Source: an uncultured Clostridium sp.
GTDB taxonomy: Bacteria; Bacillota; Clostridia; TANB77; CAG-508
Reading direction: 5' to 3'
NCBI GenBank assembly: GCA_946565805.1
Contig: CAMNWO010000010.1
Location: 13,383 to 77,382, forward strand
DNA length: 64,000 bases
Part shown: positions 20,812-30,132 of the stretch, one piece after another
Numbering within the stretch: the first letter of the stretch is position 1
Layout of the letters: each line of letters begins with the position of its first letter
Notes under the pieces: model-generated
The model's input: the letters and a program-made list of their open reading frames with translations, nothing else
Told to the model about the DNA's origin: nothing
The model's database searches: none
Program-made: the position numbers and the translations under genes

Positions 20812-22200
20812 TTATAACTTCTTTATTTCTGTACCTTCTTTGGTATCTTTTACTTCATAGCCTTTACTTTGAATTAAATCTCTTAGTTCATCTGATTTTG
20901 CCCAATCTTTATTATGTCTTGCCTCTTTTCTTTGTTCTACTAATGTTAAAATTTCTTGTGGAATTTCTTGTTGTTTTTTCACAATTGGTTCTTTTATTTT
21001 TAGTCCTAAAACAGTATCAAATTTTGTCAATAAATTAGCGAATTTAGGGGATTTCTTTTCTTGTTTTACAACTTCCCAAACCACTCCCATAGCAAGAGGC
21101 ATATTTAGGTCATCGTTAATTGCTTGTTGAAATCTCTCTTCTAATTCTTCAATCACTGTGTCTTGAACTTCTTCTTTTCCTACTAGATGTAATTGATATC
21201 CATTTTTTAATCTTTCTAATGATTTTGAGGTTGCTTCTATTCCCTCCCAAGTGAAATTTAGTTTATTTCGATAATGACAAGAATAGCTAAATAGTCGATA
21301 TACCAACGGATCATATCCTCTTTCTATTAGGTCTTTCATCAAATATACATTTCCTAAGCTCTTTGACATTTTTCCACCATCAATTAACAAATATTCCCCA
21401 TGCATCCAGTAGTTCGCAGGCACTTTTCCACATTTCCCCTTACTTTGTGCAATTTCATTTTCATGATGAGTTGGTATTAAGTCAATTCCTCCTGTATGGA
21501 TATCAAATTGTTCTCCTAAATATTTTTGTCCCATAGCAGAACACTCAATATGCCATCCTGGATAACTTGGTCCCCAAGGGCTATCCCATTTCATCAAATG
21601 ATTTTCTGGTGCTTTAATCCATAAAGCAAAATCATAGGGATTTCTTTTTTCCGGGTCAATATCTACTCTTGCTCCCGCTTTTTGTTCTTCTAAATTCACA
21701 TTTGAAAGAATTGGATATTGGTCTAATTTAGCTATGTCAAAATAAACAGTTGTTGATGTTTCATAGGCATATCCATTTTCTATTAATTTTTGAACATATT
21801 CTAACATTTCTTGAATGTGGTCAGTTGCTTTACATACTATTTCTGGTGTCTGAATATTTAGTAATGCTAAATCTTGAAAAAATAGATTAGTATAGTGCTC
21901 TGCTATTTCCATTGGTGATTTTTTCTCTTCTCTTGCTGATTTCAACATTTTGTCTTCTCCCTCATCACCATCTGAAACTAGGTGCCCAACATCTGTAATA
22001 TTCATAGCATGTTTTATAGTATATCCATTATATTGCAGTACTCTTCTTAATACATCTTGAAATAAATTGGTTCTCATATTTCCAATCGTTGCATCTTTAT
22101 ACACAGTTGGTCCACAAGAATACATTTTTACCTCTTTATTATCAATTGGCTTAAATAATTCTTTTTTCTTTGTTAATGTATTATAAAAATAAATATCCAA
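20812..22200 (-). CDS. cysS: Cysteine--tRNA ligase
   Basis: MYSCGPTVYKDATIGNMR (HIGH region), KMSKSLGN, 462 aa. Confidence 0.95.
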   Translation of the reverse strand: MDIYFYNTLTKKKELFKPIDNKEVKMYSCGPTVYKDATIGNMRTNLFQDVLRRVLQYNGYTIKHAMNITDVGHLVSDGDEGEDKMLKSAREEKKSPMEIAEHYTNLFFQDLALLNIQTPEIVCKATDHIQEMLEYVQKLIENGYAYETSTTVYFDIAKLDQYPILSNVNLEEQKAGARVDIDPEKRNPYDFALWIKAPENHLMKWDSPWGPSYPGWHIECSAMGQKYLGEQFDIHTGGIDLIPTHHENEIAQSKGKCGKVPANYWMHGEYLLIDGGKMSKSLGNVYLMKDLIERGYDPLVYRLFSYSCHYRNKLNFTWEGIEATSKSLERLKNGYQLHLVGKEEVQDTVIEELEERFQQAINDDLNMPLAMGVVWEVVKQEKKSPKFANLLTKFDTVLGLKIKEPIVKKQQEIPQEILTLVEQRKEARHNKDWAKSDELRDLIQSKGYEVKDTKEGTEIKKL

Positions 22201-22309
22201 TTTTTCTCCTTCTTTCTTTTTTATTTTTAATAGGAGATGTAAAATCTATCCCACATTTAATGGGGCTTGAAAGTACTTGTTAAAACTTCAAAGCCCCTAT
22301 TGTTCTTTC

Positions 22310-24929
22310 TTATGGTGTAGTTGTTGTGTTTTCTTCTCCTCCTGGTGTTGGATCTGGTTCTTTATCTGGTTTATCGTCTGGTTTTGGGTCTGGTTTTTGT
22401 TCTGGCTTTTGTTCTGGTTTTGTAGTTGTATTTCCTGTTGAATTTGTTGTATTGTTTGTTTTATTTTCATTAGCATTTGGCTTTGGCTTTTCTACTTCTT
22501 TTGGTTTTGTGTGTATGGTACAGGTTCCATCTACTCTTCCTTTTGAAGAAGTGCTAGAGGATCCCTTAAGCGGTTTCCATAGTTGTAATTTTTCTTTTGG
22601 TACAACTCCTCCAAATCCTTTTGTTTCTGTTGGCACATATTGTGAACAGAATTCCGTTGCTAACATTTTGGATTCTGAACAAATTAATTGTGAACCATGT
22701 CCTTCACATTTTTCTGGTAGATTGTCAGATGTGAATATCTCTTTATACGTATCACTACAACCAGTTGTTGCTAAGCATCCTGTTGCCCTACATATAGTTT
22801 GCTCTACAATTCCACTTGGGCGTATAAAGGTTGCTCCTTGTAATCCTTTATGAACAGCAGTCATAACTTCATCCCAAATCATTCCTGCTGGGTTGGTTCC
22901 ACTCCAAACAACTTCTTCTGGATTATCATATCCAAACCAACATGCTGCTGCATAATATGGAGTAAATCCACAAAGCCATCTATCTTTACTGTCATCTGTT
23001 GTTCCGGTTTTTGCTGCCACATCCATTCCTGCTATAGCGCAGTAGGTTGCTGTTCCTTTTTTAACTGGCTCTTGTAAAATTGATTTTACAAGATATGCAT
23101 TTTGCTCTGATATCACTCTTCTTTTTTCTTGTTTTGGCTCTAATACAATATTACCACTACCATCTACTACTTTTGTGTAAAAAGTTGGTTCAATGTATTC
23201 TCCATTATTAGCAATTGCACTATAAGCAGCTGCCATTTCTAATGGACTAATTCCATCTGATATTCCTCCTATAGCAAGTGGTAAACTTTCATCATCTTTT
23301 TTAGGATCTTCTCCATTTTTGTATAAACTTGTTACCCCAAAATTTCTCATGTAATCAATTGATTTTCCTGGTGTTAATTCTCTCATAATTTTAACTTCTG
23401 GTACGTTTTGTGAATAAGCAATAATGTCTCTAATGTTGATTAGTCCTCTATATTTTCCTCCATCATTTTTTGGTGTATAACCATTAAAGTCTGTTTGTAC
23501 ATCATCGTAAACGGTTCCTGTTGTAATAACTTTTTCTTGTAATGCTGGTGCGATGTCAGCAATCGGTTTTATAGAAGAACCTGGCTGTCTTAAGCTTTGC
23601 GTTCCTCTGTTTAAGTTAGCTCCTGTTTTTGCTCCTAAACCTCCTGAAACACCTAAAACATTTCCTGTTTTGTGATCCATAATAACCATTGCAGCTTGTG
23701 TATGGTCATTTTTCATAGAACCATCTTTGTTTTTCTCTCTTCCTGCTTTAATATATTTATCTTTTAAGGTTTCTTCTTCTACTTTTGCTTGAATATTGGT
23801 ATCTACTGTTGAATAGATCGTTAATCCACTGCTATAAATATAGTTTTGTGCTAGTTCTCTTGAAATTTGCTTTTCTTCCATTACTTGTTCAATTACCTGT
23901 TCAATTACAGCATCTGTATGGTAAGAATATCCTGAAGATGTTGCAGTTGTTCCTTTTTGAAAAGGTAATCCTTCCTCTACTTTTGCAACTGCTCCATCAT
24001 ATTCTTCTTGATTTTGAATATAACCGAAGTTCTTTCATTTTTGCTAAAACTACTTTTGTTTTCTTTTTAATTTTTTCTTGATTATCTTTCTTTTCATCAA
24101 ATGGATCATAAGAATTTGGCGAACTGTTTATTCCTGCCATATAAGCACATTCTGCTAAATCTAAATCTTTAGCACTTTTATTAAAGTAATATTCCGCTCC
24201 TAATTCTACTCCATGCAAGTTGCTTGAACCTACAAATAAAATATTTAAATATAATTCAAGTATTTGGTCTTTTGAAATCATTCGTTCTACTTGGTAAGCT
24301 TTTGCCCATTCTTTTACTTTTCTAAAAATCCCTTCAATTCCTGATGTCTCGTCATCTTTGGTAATGTTTTTTACCAATTGTTGGGTAATAGTACTTCCTC
24401 CATAAGAGCCCTTTCCAAATACTTTATTGATAATAGCTCCACCAGTCCTTTTGATGTCTACCCCATTATGTTTATAAAATCTTTCATCTTCTATTGCAAC
24501 ATATGCTTTTGGCAGATATTCTGACATATCTTCTAAAGTTACAATTTTTCTTTTTTCGTCTCCACTTAAGTTTGCAACTACCCCTCCATTACTGTCTACT
24601 ACAACAGAGTTTGCTGCTCCTATTTTTAATTCTTCTTTGGTAATTTCAAAGTCGTCCCCAAATAAACCAAAGAACATTCCTGCAATTACGCCTGCTCCTA
24701 TTACACATAATAATAGGATTAGAACAATCATAATTTTAACTGCCATCATAAGTTTTGGATGTCGGTTGGAAAATGTATCTTTTTTTCCTCTTTTTTTTGT
24801 TTTTCTAGTTTCTGGTCTCTTAGTATTAGTTGGAGTTACTCTCGTTTTATTCCTGTTTGTTGTTGATTTTGTTTTCTTTGAATCTTGTACTCTACGTGGT
24901 CTTGCTTTTCCATTATTATCTCTTGGCAT
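22310..24929 (-). pseudogene. pbp1A: Class A penicillin-binding protein (transglycosylase + transpeptidase, PBP1A) with Pro/Lys/Glu-rich C-terminal tail; frameshifted into ORFs 23997..24929 and 22310..23881
   Basis: TG domain motifs (AIEDERFYKHNGVD, GGSTITQQLVKN) in the upstream ORF; TP motifs (QPGSSIKP, SQN, KTGT) in the downstream ORF. Deleting the C in coding ctt[C]GGTtat (+ coord ~24026) gives ...KMKELGYIQNQEEYDGAVAKVEEGLPFQKGTTATSSGYSYHTDAVIEQVIEQVMEEKQISREL... continuous. Confidence 0.85.
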
Positions 24930-25021
24930 TTTTTATACCCCCTTGCCAATTTTAAAATTCGACATCTACATTATAGTATACTTTTCTAAAAAAGAAAAGT
25001 TTTTTTAGAAATTTTTAAGAA

Positions 25022-25145
25022 TTTTGAGACGGTGGGGACACCCCTTAACTGTCTCAATTTAATTCGATTTAATAATAAGCTTTTAAAAATCGAATTTTTT
25101 AGGGTAAAATTGAGACAGTTAAGGAGTGTCCCCACCGTCTCAAAA
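25022..25145. repeat. 124-bp near-perfect palindrome (39-bp arms, 1 mismatch, nested inner palindrome centred on AAGCTT), GGGGACA-family intergenic element
   Basis: Left arm ttttgagacggtggggacaccccttaactgtctcaattt; right arm is its reverse complement except one base. Confidence 0.85.
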
Positions 25146-25150
25146 TCTTG

Positions 25151-26014
25151 CTAAATGTTAGTATTCTTTCCCCTTAATTGTGTTATTTTTACTTTATCTT
25201 TTTTTAATTGTTTTATAATTTCTTGATAAGGTTGTTTCTTATTAATTCTCCCTTCATAAATTTCATGTTTCTTATATTTTGTTTCCTTATCGTAGTCAAA
25301 TCCATCTGTATTCTCAAATGTGATTTCATAATCATTAATATTAACACCATTAAATCTTTTTTTTCCTATTTTTACATTTCCTCTAAGATTTATAATATTT
25401 GCATTTTCATAAATGTTGTATTGATTGATTAGTTCTGCTGGAAAGTCTACATTTAAAATTAAGTCAGACCTAGAAAGACCTTTTTTCTTATTGTTTCCAA
25501 CCATTATCATAATTCCTTCTTGTTCTAAAATTTGCTTCTCTATTTTTCTAAACTTTTCAATATGATTCGTTACAATATTTACTCTTTTATATTCTTTTAC
25601 TAATATTTTTAGATTGGCTAGCATATTTTCAGATAGTTCGTTTACCAAAATAGTTATTTTCGTTTCTTCTTTTTTCCTATTCTTTTTTTCTAATAGATAC
25701 TCTAATGCTTGACAACTTAATACCTCAAATAACCATCTTCCTTGGATAATATCAAAATCATAACTATGTAATAGGTTTGTATATTCTTCTTGTTCTTGTA
25801 TTTTTTGACTTATTATAATTCTTTTGCTAATTGCTTTGTCTAGTATCTTTTTTGTTTTTGATGCTAGTTTTTCTGCTTTTTTGCTTTCTATTTTTTCTTC
25901 TTGGCTGACTGGTAATATTAGTTTGTCACCTTCTAATTGTATGATATTAAATAGTTTATCTAACATCTTAGGCTTGTCAGTTTCTTGAATATAATACAAA
26001 AAAATCACCTTCAT
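25151..26014 (-). CDS. Hypothetical K/E-rich protein, no recognisable motif
   Basis: 287-aa ORF with good packing between flanking genes; function unknown. Confidence 0.4.
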   Translation of the reverse strand: MKVIFLYYIQETDKPKMLDKLFNIIQLEGDKLILPVSQEEKIESKKAEKLASKTKKILDKAISKRIIISQKIQEQEEYTNLLHSYDFDIIQGRWLFEVLSCQALEYLLEKKNRKKEETKITILVNELSENMLANLKILVKEYKRVNIVTNHIEKFRKIEKQILEQEGIMIMVGNNKKKGLSRSDLILNVDFPAELINQYNIYENANIINLRGNVKIGKKRFNGVNINDYEITFENTDGFDYDKETKYKKHEIYEGRINKKQPYQEIIKQLKKDKVKITQLRGKNTNI

Positions 26015-26103
26015 TTCTTTTTATTTTAAGTATATGATGGTGATTTGTTTTTTATGATTTTTTCATTGTTTCTGGGACTAGATAAGGTTATATTTCTTCA
26101 TTT

Positions 26104-27459
26104 TTACAAATAAAGTAAGGGACGGAAACCACGGATGCTCCAGCTCTCATTCGCCCTAGTGCCGAAACGAGCGTCCGTAGACCATCTCTCTGGGATGTTT
26201 GCATCCCCTCTGCTACCACACGGTCCATTGCCTCCTGTGCTGGTCTCTGTTGTCCATTCTATGCAATTTCCTGCCATATCATAAATATTACATCTTACAT
26301 CTTTATTCATTCCATCCGTCGACATTCCTGTTTTAGCTACGGTTGTTTGTAATCTTCTTTGTTTTGAATAATCTACATCTCCTGAAAACTCTTGTATAAA
26401 TACAATTGCTGTATCCCATGCATAACTGTTGATTAAATCACTTGTAAATTTTTTATTCGTATACATTTCTCTTGCTAAAGTTGCTGCTTTAGATTGGGTA
26501 ATATACATATACACATATTGATTTTCTTTACAATTCATTGGGTTAGTCTGACTAGAGTACTCATACCTTTGTTCAGTTGCATTGGCATCTCCTGCTTCAT
26601 ATCTTCCCATATAATACCCATGATTTGTATTTACACTTGTTTTAAAAGCTTCAATATCAATTGCTGTTGTATTTCCTCTAGTCGAAGTTGCTAATTCTTG
26701 ATAATAACTTTCAATTGTATTTGTTCCCTGTTTCGTATATTTCCCATCACTTGCGAAAGTATATCTGCTTAATTCAATATTCTTACTCCCATTGGCATGC
26801 TTTACCTCTCCTACTGGTACCCAAACAAACTGGCTACCTTTAGTCGTTGCATTTCCTGCACTTACATCTTCTATTACAATTCCTTGAGTTACATCTGTTC
26901 CTGAGTCACTTGCTATTTTAAATCCTTCTGGGATTACTACTTCATTTTCATATTTATCTGTAATCGTTGTTGGATTATTTTCGTCTAATACCGTTCCATT
27001 ATTTCTTGCTTCCTCTACCGTTGACGGCTTAGTTGGCGTTGGTGGCATTGGTGTATCTCCTCCTCCAATATTCCCATCACCTCCCGAAACTTTTCCTATA
27101 TAATCATCTAATTTTCCTGTAATTTCATAACCTGCATCAGTTCGAATCGCTCCTGTTTCTTTGTTCACTTGGTCTGTGTTACTAATTACTTTATTATTTT
27201 TAATTTCTTCAATAACATCATCTAGACCAGGATCTCTATGTTTTTGTTCTGCTTTTATAATTGCTAGTTCTACTTGTTCTTCTAGTGCTGCTTTTTCAGA
27301 TAATTCTTTTGCTGTTCTTGCTTCTTTAATTAATCCTTTTTCTCCTGTTAAACTAACTAATGTTACACCCGCTAATATTAATAAAATAATAATTGTTACT
27401 ACTAAAGCTATTAATGTTATTCCTTTATTAGTACTTTTTTCCCTTCCTAGTTTTCTCAT
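26104..27459 (-). CDS. Prepilin-like N-terminus fused to a C-terminal FGE-sulfatase/SUMF1-like domain protein
   Basis: N-terminus KGITLIALVVTIIILLILAGV resembles class III (type IV pilin) signal. C-terminus YDMAGNCIEWT...GPCGSRGDANIPE...SIRGFRP matches SUMF1/FGE-type motifs (DMSGNVWEWT...GFR). 3' ~200 nt is conspicuously G+C-rich. Confidence 0.55.
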   Translation of the reverse strand: MRKLGREKSTNKGITLIALVVTIIILLILAGVTLVSLTGEKGLIKEARTAKELSEKAALEEQVELAIIKAEQKHRDPGLDDVIEEIKNNKVISNTDQVNKETGAIRTDAGYEITGKLDDYIGKVSGGDGNIGGGDTPMPPTPTKPSTVEEARNNGTVLDENNPTTITDKYENEVVIPEGFKIASDSGTDVTQGIVIEDVSAGNATTKGSQFVWVPVGEVKHANGSKNIELSRYTFASDGKYTKQGTNTIESYYQELATSTRGNTTAIDIEAFKTSVNTNHGYYMGRYEAGDANATEQRYEYSSQTNPMNCKENQYVYMYITQSKAATLAREMYTNKKFTSDLINSYAWDTAIVFIQEFSGDVDYSKQRRLQTTVAKTGMSTDGMNKDVRCNIYDMAGNCIEWTTETSTGGNGPCGSRGDANIPERWSTDARFGTRANESWSIRGFRPLLYL

Positions 27460-27715
27460 TTTCTTCCCCCTTGTTTCTTTTGTTTGTATTTTTTTCCTTC
27501 ATTTCTTATTATTTCCAATTTCAAATAGTAGTATACATTGATTTTATCTCAATCTATTTTTGTCTAACAACGATATTTCTTTTTCAATGTTCTACTATTT
27601 TATGTATAATTTATGTACACGTTATACACATGATATACAACTTTTTATTCCTTGTCAATAAATTTTTATTTTTTTGTGATAAATAATTTTAAAAAAAATC
27701 ACAAAGTCATTCAAA

Positions 27716-28588
27716 TTAACTTTGTGATTTTTCTACTATAATATCTCTTTTTAAAAATTCATTTACTACAACACCTATTCCAATAAATTGTTGTTCACAA
27801 TAGACACGATAAACACCATCTGGTTCTTTCATAGTCAATTTCACTCCATTTAGGAATGGCTGTAATCTTTTTTCTACAATTTCAATTTCTGGTTTCTTTT
27901 CAAATAACTTTTCCACTGTAACATAGGAAACCTCTTGCTTTTGTTCTTGCAAATGTTCTATGGTAATAGCTTGTTCGATAGAAAATTCGCCTACTTTGGT
28001 TCGGTTTAATGCTGACATATAGCCAATGGTTCCCAACCTTTTAGCAATGTCTTCACACAAACTTCTCATATAGGTTCCTTTGGAACAATGCACTTGAAAC
28101 TGAATTTGTTTTTTTTCTTTGTTTATGCCTAATAATCCTATATCATATATTTCAATTGGTCTTGGTTTTACTTCTACTGTTTGTCCTTTCCTAGCATATT
28201 CATATAGCTTTTTTCCTTTTACCTTAATAGCAGAATACATTGGTGGAGTTTGCTCTTGTTTTCCTAAAAAAGTTTTTAATACTTTTTCTATCTGTTCTTT
28301 TTCCAACATGCTATCTAGCACTTCTTTTTCTTGTACAACCTCACCTTCGCTATCTGCGGAATCTGTTTTTATTCCTAGTGTTATCTGCACTTCATATATT
28401 TTATCATGATTAATTAAATATTTAGAACATAATGTACCTTTTCCAATTAATAGAGGAAGCACACCAGTTGCCATTGGGTCTAAAGTTCCAGTATGACCTA
28501 CTTTTTCACCTATTGCTTTTTTCGCTTGATACACAATATCATGTGATGTACATTTTTTTGGTTTATTGATAATAATTATTCCATCCAT
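27716..28588 (-). CDS. truB: tRNA pseudouridine(55) synthase; ORF-track N-terminal extension to 28690 is an artefact
   Basis: MDGIIIINKPKKCTSHDIVYQAKKAIGEKVGHTGTLDPMATGVLPLLIGKGT (TruB catalytic Asp motif). Confidence 0.9.
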   Translation of the reverse strand: MDGIIIINKPKKCTSHDIVYQAKKAIGEKVGHTGTLDPMATGVLPLLIGKGTLCSKYLINHDKIYEVQITLGIKTDSADSEGEVVQEKEVLDSMLEKEQIEKVLKTFLGKQEQTPPMYSAIKVKGKKLYEYARKGQTVEVKPRPIEIYDIGLLGINKEKKQIQFQVHCSKGTYMRSLCEDIAKRLGTIGYMSALNRTKVGEFSIEQAITIEHLQEQKQEVSYVTVEKLFEKKPEIEIVEKRLQPFLNGVKLTMKEPDGVYRVYCEQQFIGIGVVVNEFLKRDIIVEKSQS

Positions 28589-29529
28589 TTTTTTATTTCT
28601 TTCATCAATTTTTCTTTTACTTCTTCCACCGTTCCTTGAATTAAAGCTCCTGCTGCTCTTGCGTGACCACCACCACCAAATAACAAACATATATCAGATA
28701 CATTAATGCCATCTTCTGAACGTAAAGACACCTTGTAAACTTCTTCCTCATCTTTTTGTCTGATAAAGATAGATACTAACACTCCTTCGATGTCTTTTCC
28801 AATATTAACTAGCCCTTCATGGTCTCCTGGTTCTGCCTTCACTTCTAACTCATCTTTTGTATTCATATAAGTAAACGCCACTTTTCCATCTTCTAGTAAT
28901 TCCATTCTGTCAATAATTCTCTTTGTCAATTCAAAATTTGCTTTTGTTTTGGTTCCCATTGTTCTTTTATAAATATCAGGAACATCAACCCCTAATCGAA
29001 GTAAGTCAGCAGTATATTCAAAGGTATCTGGTGTAATACCCATATAACGAAATCCACCTGTATCTGTTATAATACCAGTCATAAGACAAGTTCCAATTTC
29101 TTTTGTAATCTTAATTTCAAAATATTCTGCCATACCTACTAATATTTCTGAACAAGCTGGGGATACTGGATTAACATAGTTTAAGTCTCCATACATATTG
29201 TTGCTTCCATGATGATCTATAACAATCGTTTTTCTGGCATTTTCAAAATATTCATTTTTTGCCATTCTTTTAAAAGTTGCACAATCTACTGAAATAGCTA
29301 AATCATATTTTTCCACTTCTGAATCTTCTTTTATTTCGTTTGCTCCTGGTAAAAATTGAAACATTCTAGAATACTCTGGAATAATAACATCTGCTTTTTT
29401 TCCCAATTCTTCTATTATAAACTTCATACCTAAACCACTACCAATCGCATCGCCATCTGGTGTTTCATGTGTTAAAATTACAATTTTCTCTGCTTCTTTT
29501 ATTTCCTTTAAAATTTCATCTAATGTCAT
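28576..29529 (-). CDS. nrnA: DHH/DHHA1 bifunctional oligoribonuclease / pAp phosphatase
   Basis: ILTHETPDGDAIGSGLGM, DHHGSNN, FGGGGHARAAGA motifs. Confidence 0.85.
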   Translation of the reverse strand: MTLDEILKEIKEAEKIVILTHETPDGDAIGSGLGMKFIIEELGKKADVIIPEYSRMFQFLPGANEIKEDSEVEKYDLAISVDCATFKRMAKNEYFENARKTIVIDHHGSNNMYGDLNYVNPVSPACSEILVGMAEYFEIKITKEIGTCLMTGIITDTGGFRYMGITPDTFEYTADLLRLGVDVPDIYKRTMGTKTKANFELTKRIIDRMELLEDGKVAFTYMNTKDELEVKAEPGDHEGLVNIGKDIEGVLVSIFIRQKDEEEVYKVSLRSEDGINVSDICLLFGGGGHARAAGALIQGTVEEVKEKLMKEIKKWME

Positions 29530-29546
29530 TCTTGTTTCCTTTCTTT

Positions 29547-29650
29547 GAGACAGTGGGGACAGGTCTTTTGTGTCTCATTTTATTATTTTTTTATATCTAT
29601 TACTCTATTTAACTCAAAATGAGACACAAAAGACCTGTCCCCACTGTCTC
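29547..29650. repeat. Perfect 35-bp inverted repeat with 34-nt spacer, GGGGACA family, filling the nrnA-rbfA spacer
   Basis: gagacagtggggacaggtcttttgtgtctcatttt ... exact reverse complement. Confidence 0.85.
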
Positions 29651-29657
29651 ATTTTCA

Positions 29658-30020
29658 TTATTCTTCATCTTTTTTAGGCATAATCTCTTTTAAAATACTA
29701 TCAATCTTAGCACCATATTCTAAAGAATCATCTAACTCAAAAATCAATTCTGGTGTATTTCTTAAATTAACTCTTCTTGCTAACTCACTTCTAACAAAAC
29801 CAGCTGACTTTTTCAATCCTGCTAATGTTTCTTTTAAATTTTTTGAATTTAATATACTTACATATATTTTAGCATATTTTAAATCATTGGTAACTTTTAC
29901 TTTTGTTACACTAATCAACCCTGTTACATTTGGATTTTTTAATTCGTAACCAATAATTTGACTTAATTCTTTTTTATATTCTTCTTCAATACGACCTAAT
30001 CTCGCTTGATTTTCTGGCAT
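29658..30020 (-). CDS. rbfA: Ribosome-binding factor A (start at MPENQARL, RBS ggaggagg upstream)
   Basis: GRIEEEYKKELSQIIGYELKNPNVTGLISVTKVKVTNDLKYAKIYVSIL matches RbfA. Confidence 0.9.
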   Translation of the reverse strand: MPENQARLGRIEEEYKKELSQIIGYELKNPNVTGLISVTKVKVTNDLKYAKIYVSILNSKNLKETLAGLKKSAGFVRSELARRVNLRNTPELIFELDDSLEYGAKIDSILKEIMPKKDEE

Positions 30021-30132
30021 ATTTTTTCCTCCTCCCTTTTTGGTTAAAGAGTACAAGCTGAAGGCGTACATAGGTACGTCGAAGTTTGTACTCTTTGGCA
30101 AAAATGCGCAAGATGCTGCTTTTCATTCATTT

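Noticed and set aside
17155-22310. T-box leader upstream of argS or cysS
   Set aside because: argS is preceded by hepT after only ~20 nt. cysS has only ~110 nt upstream, most of it the pbp1A terminator hairpin. Both are too short for a T-box, and no specifier/antiterminator pattern is visible.
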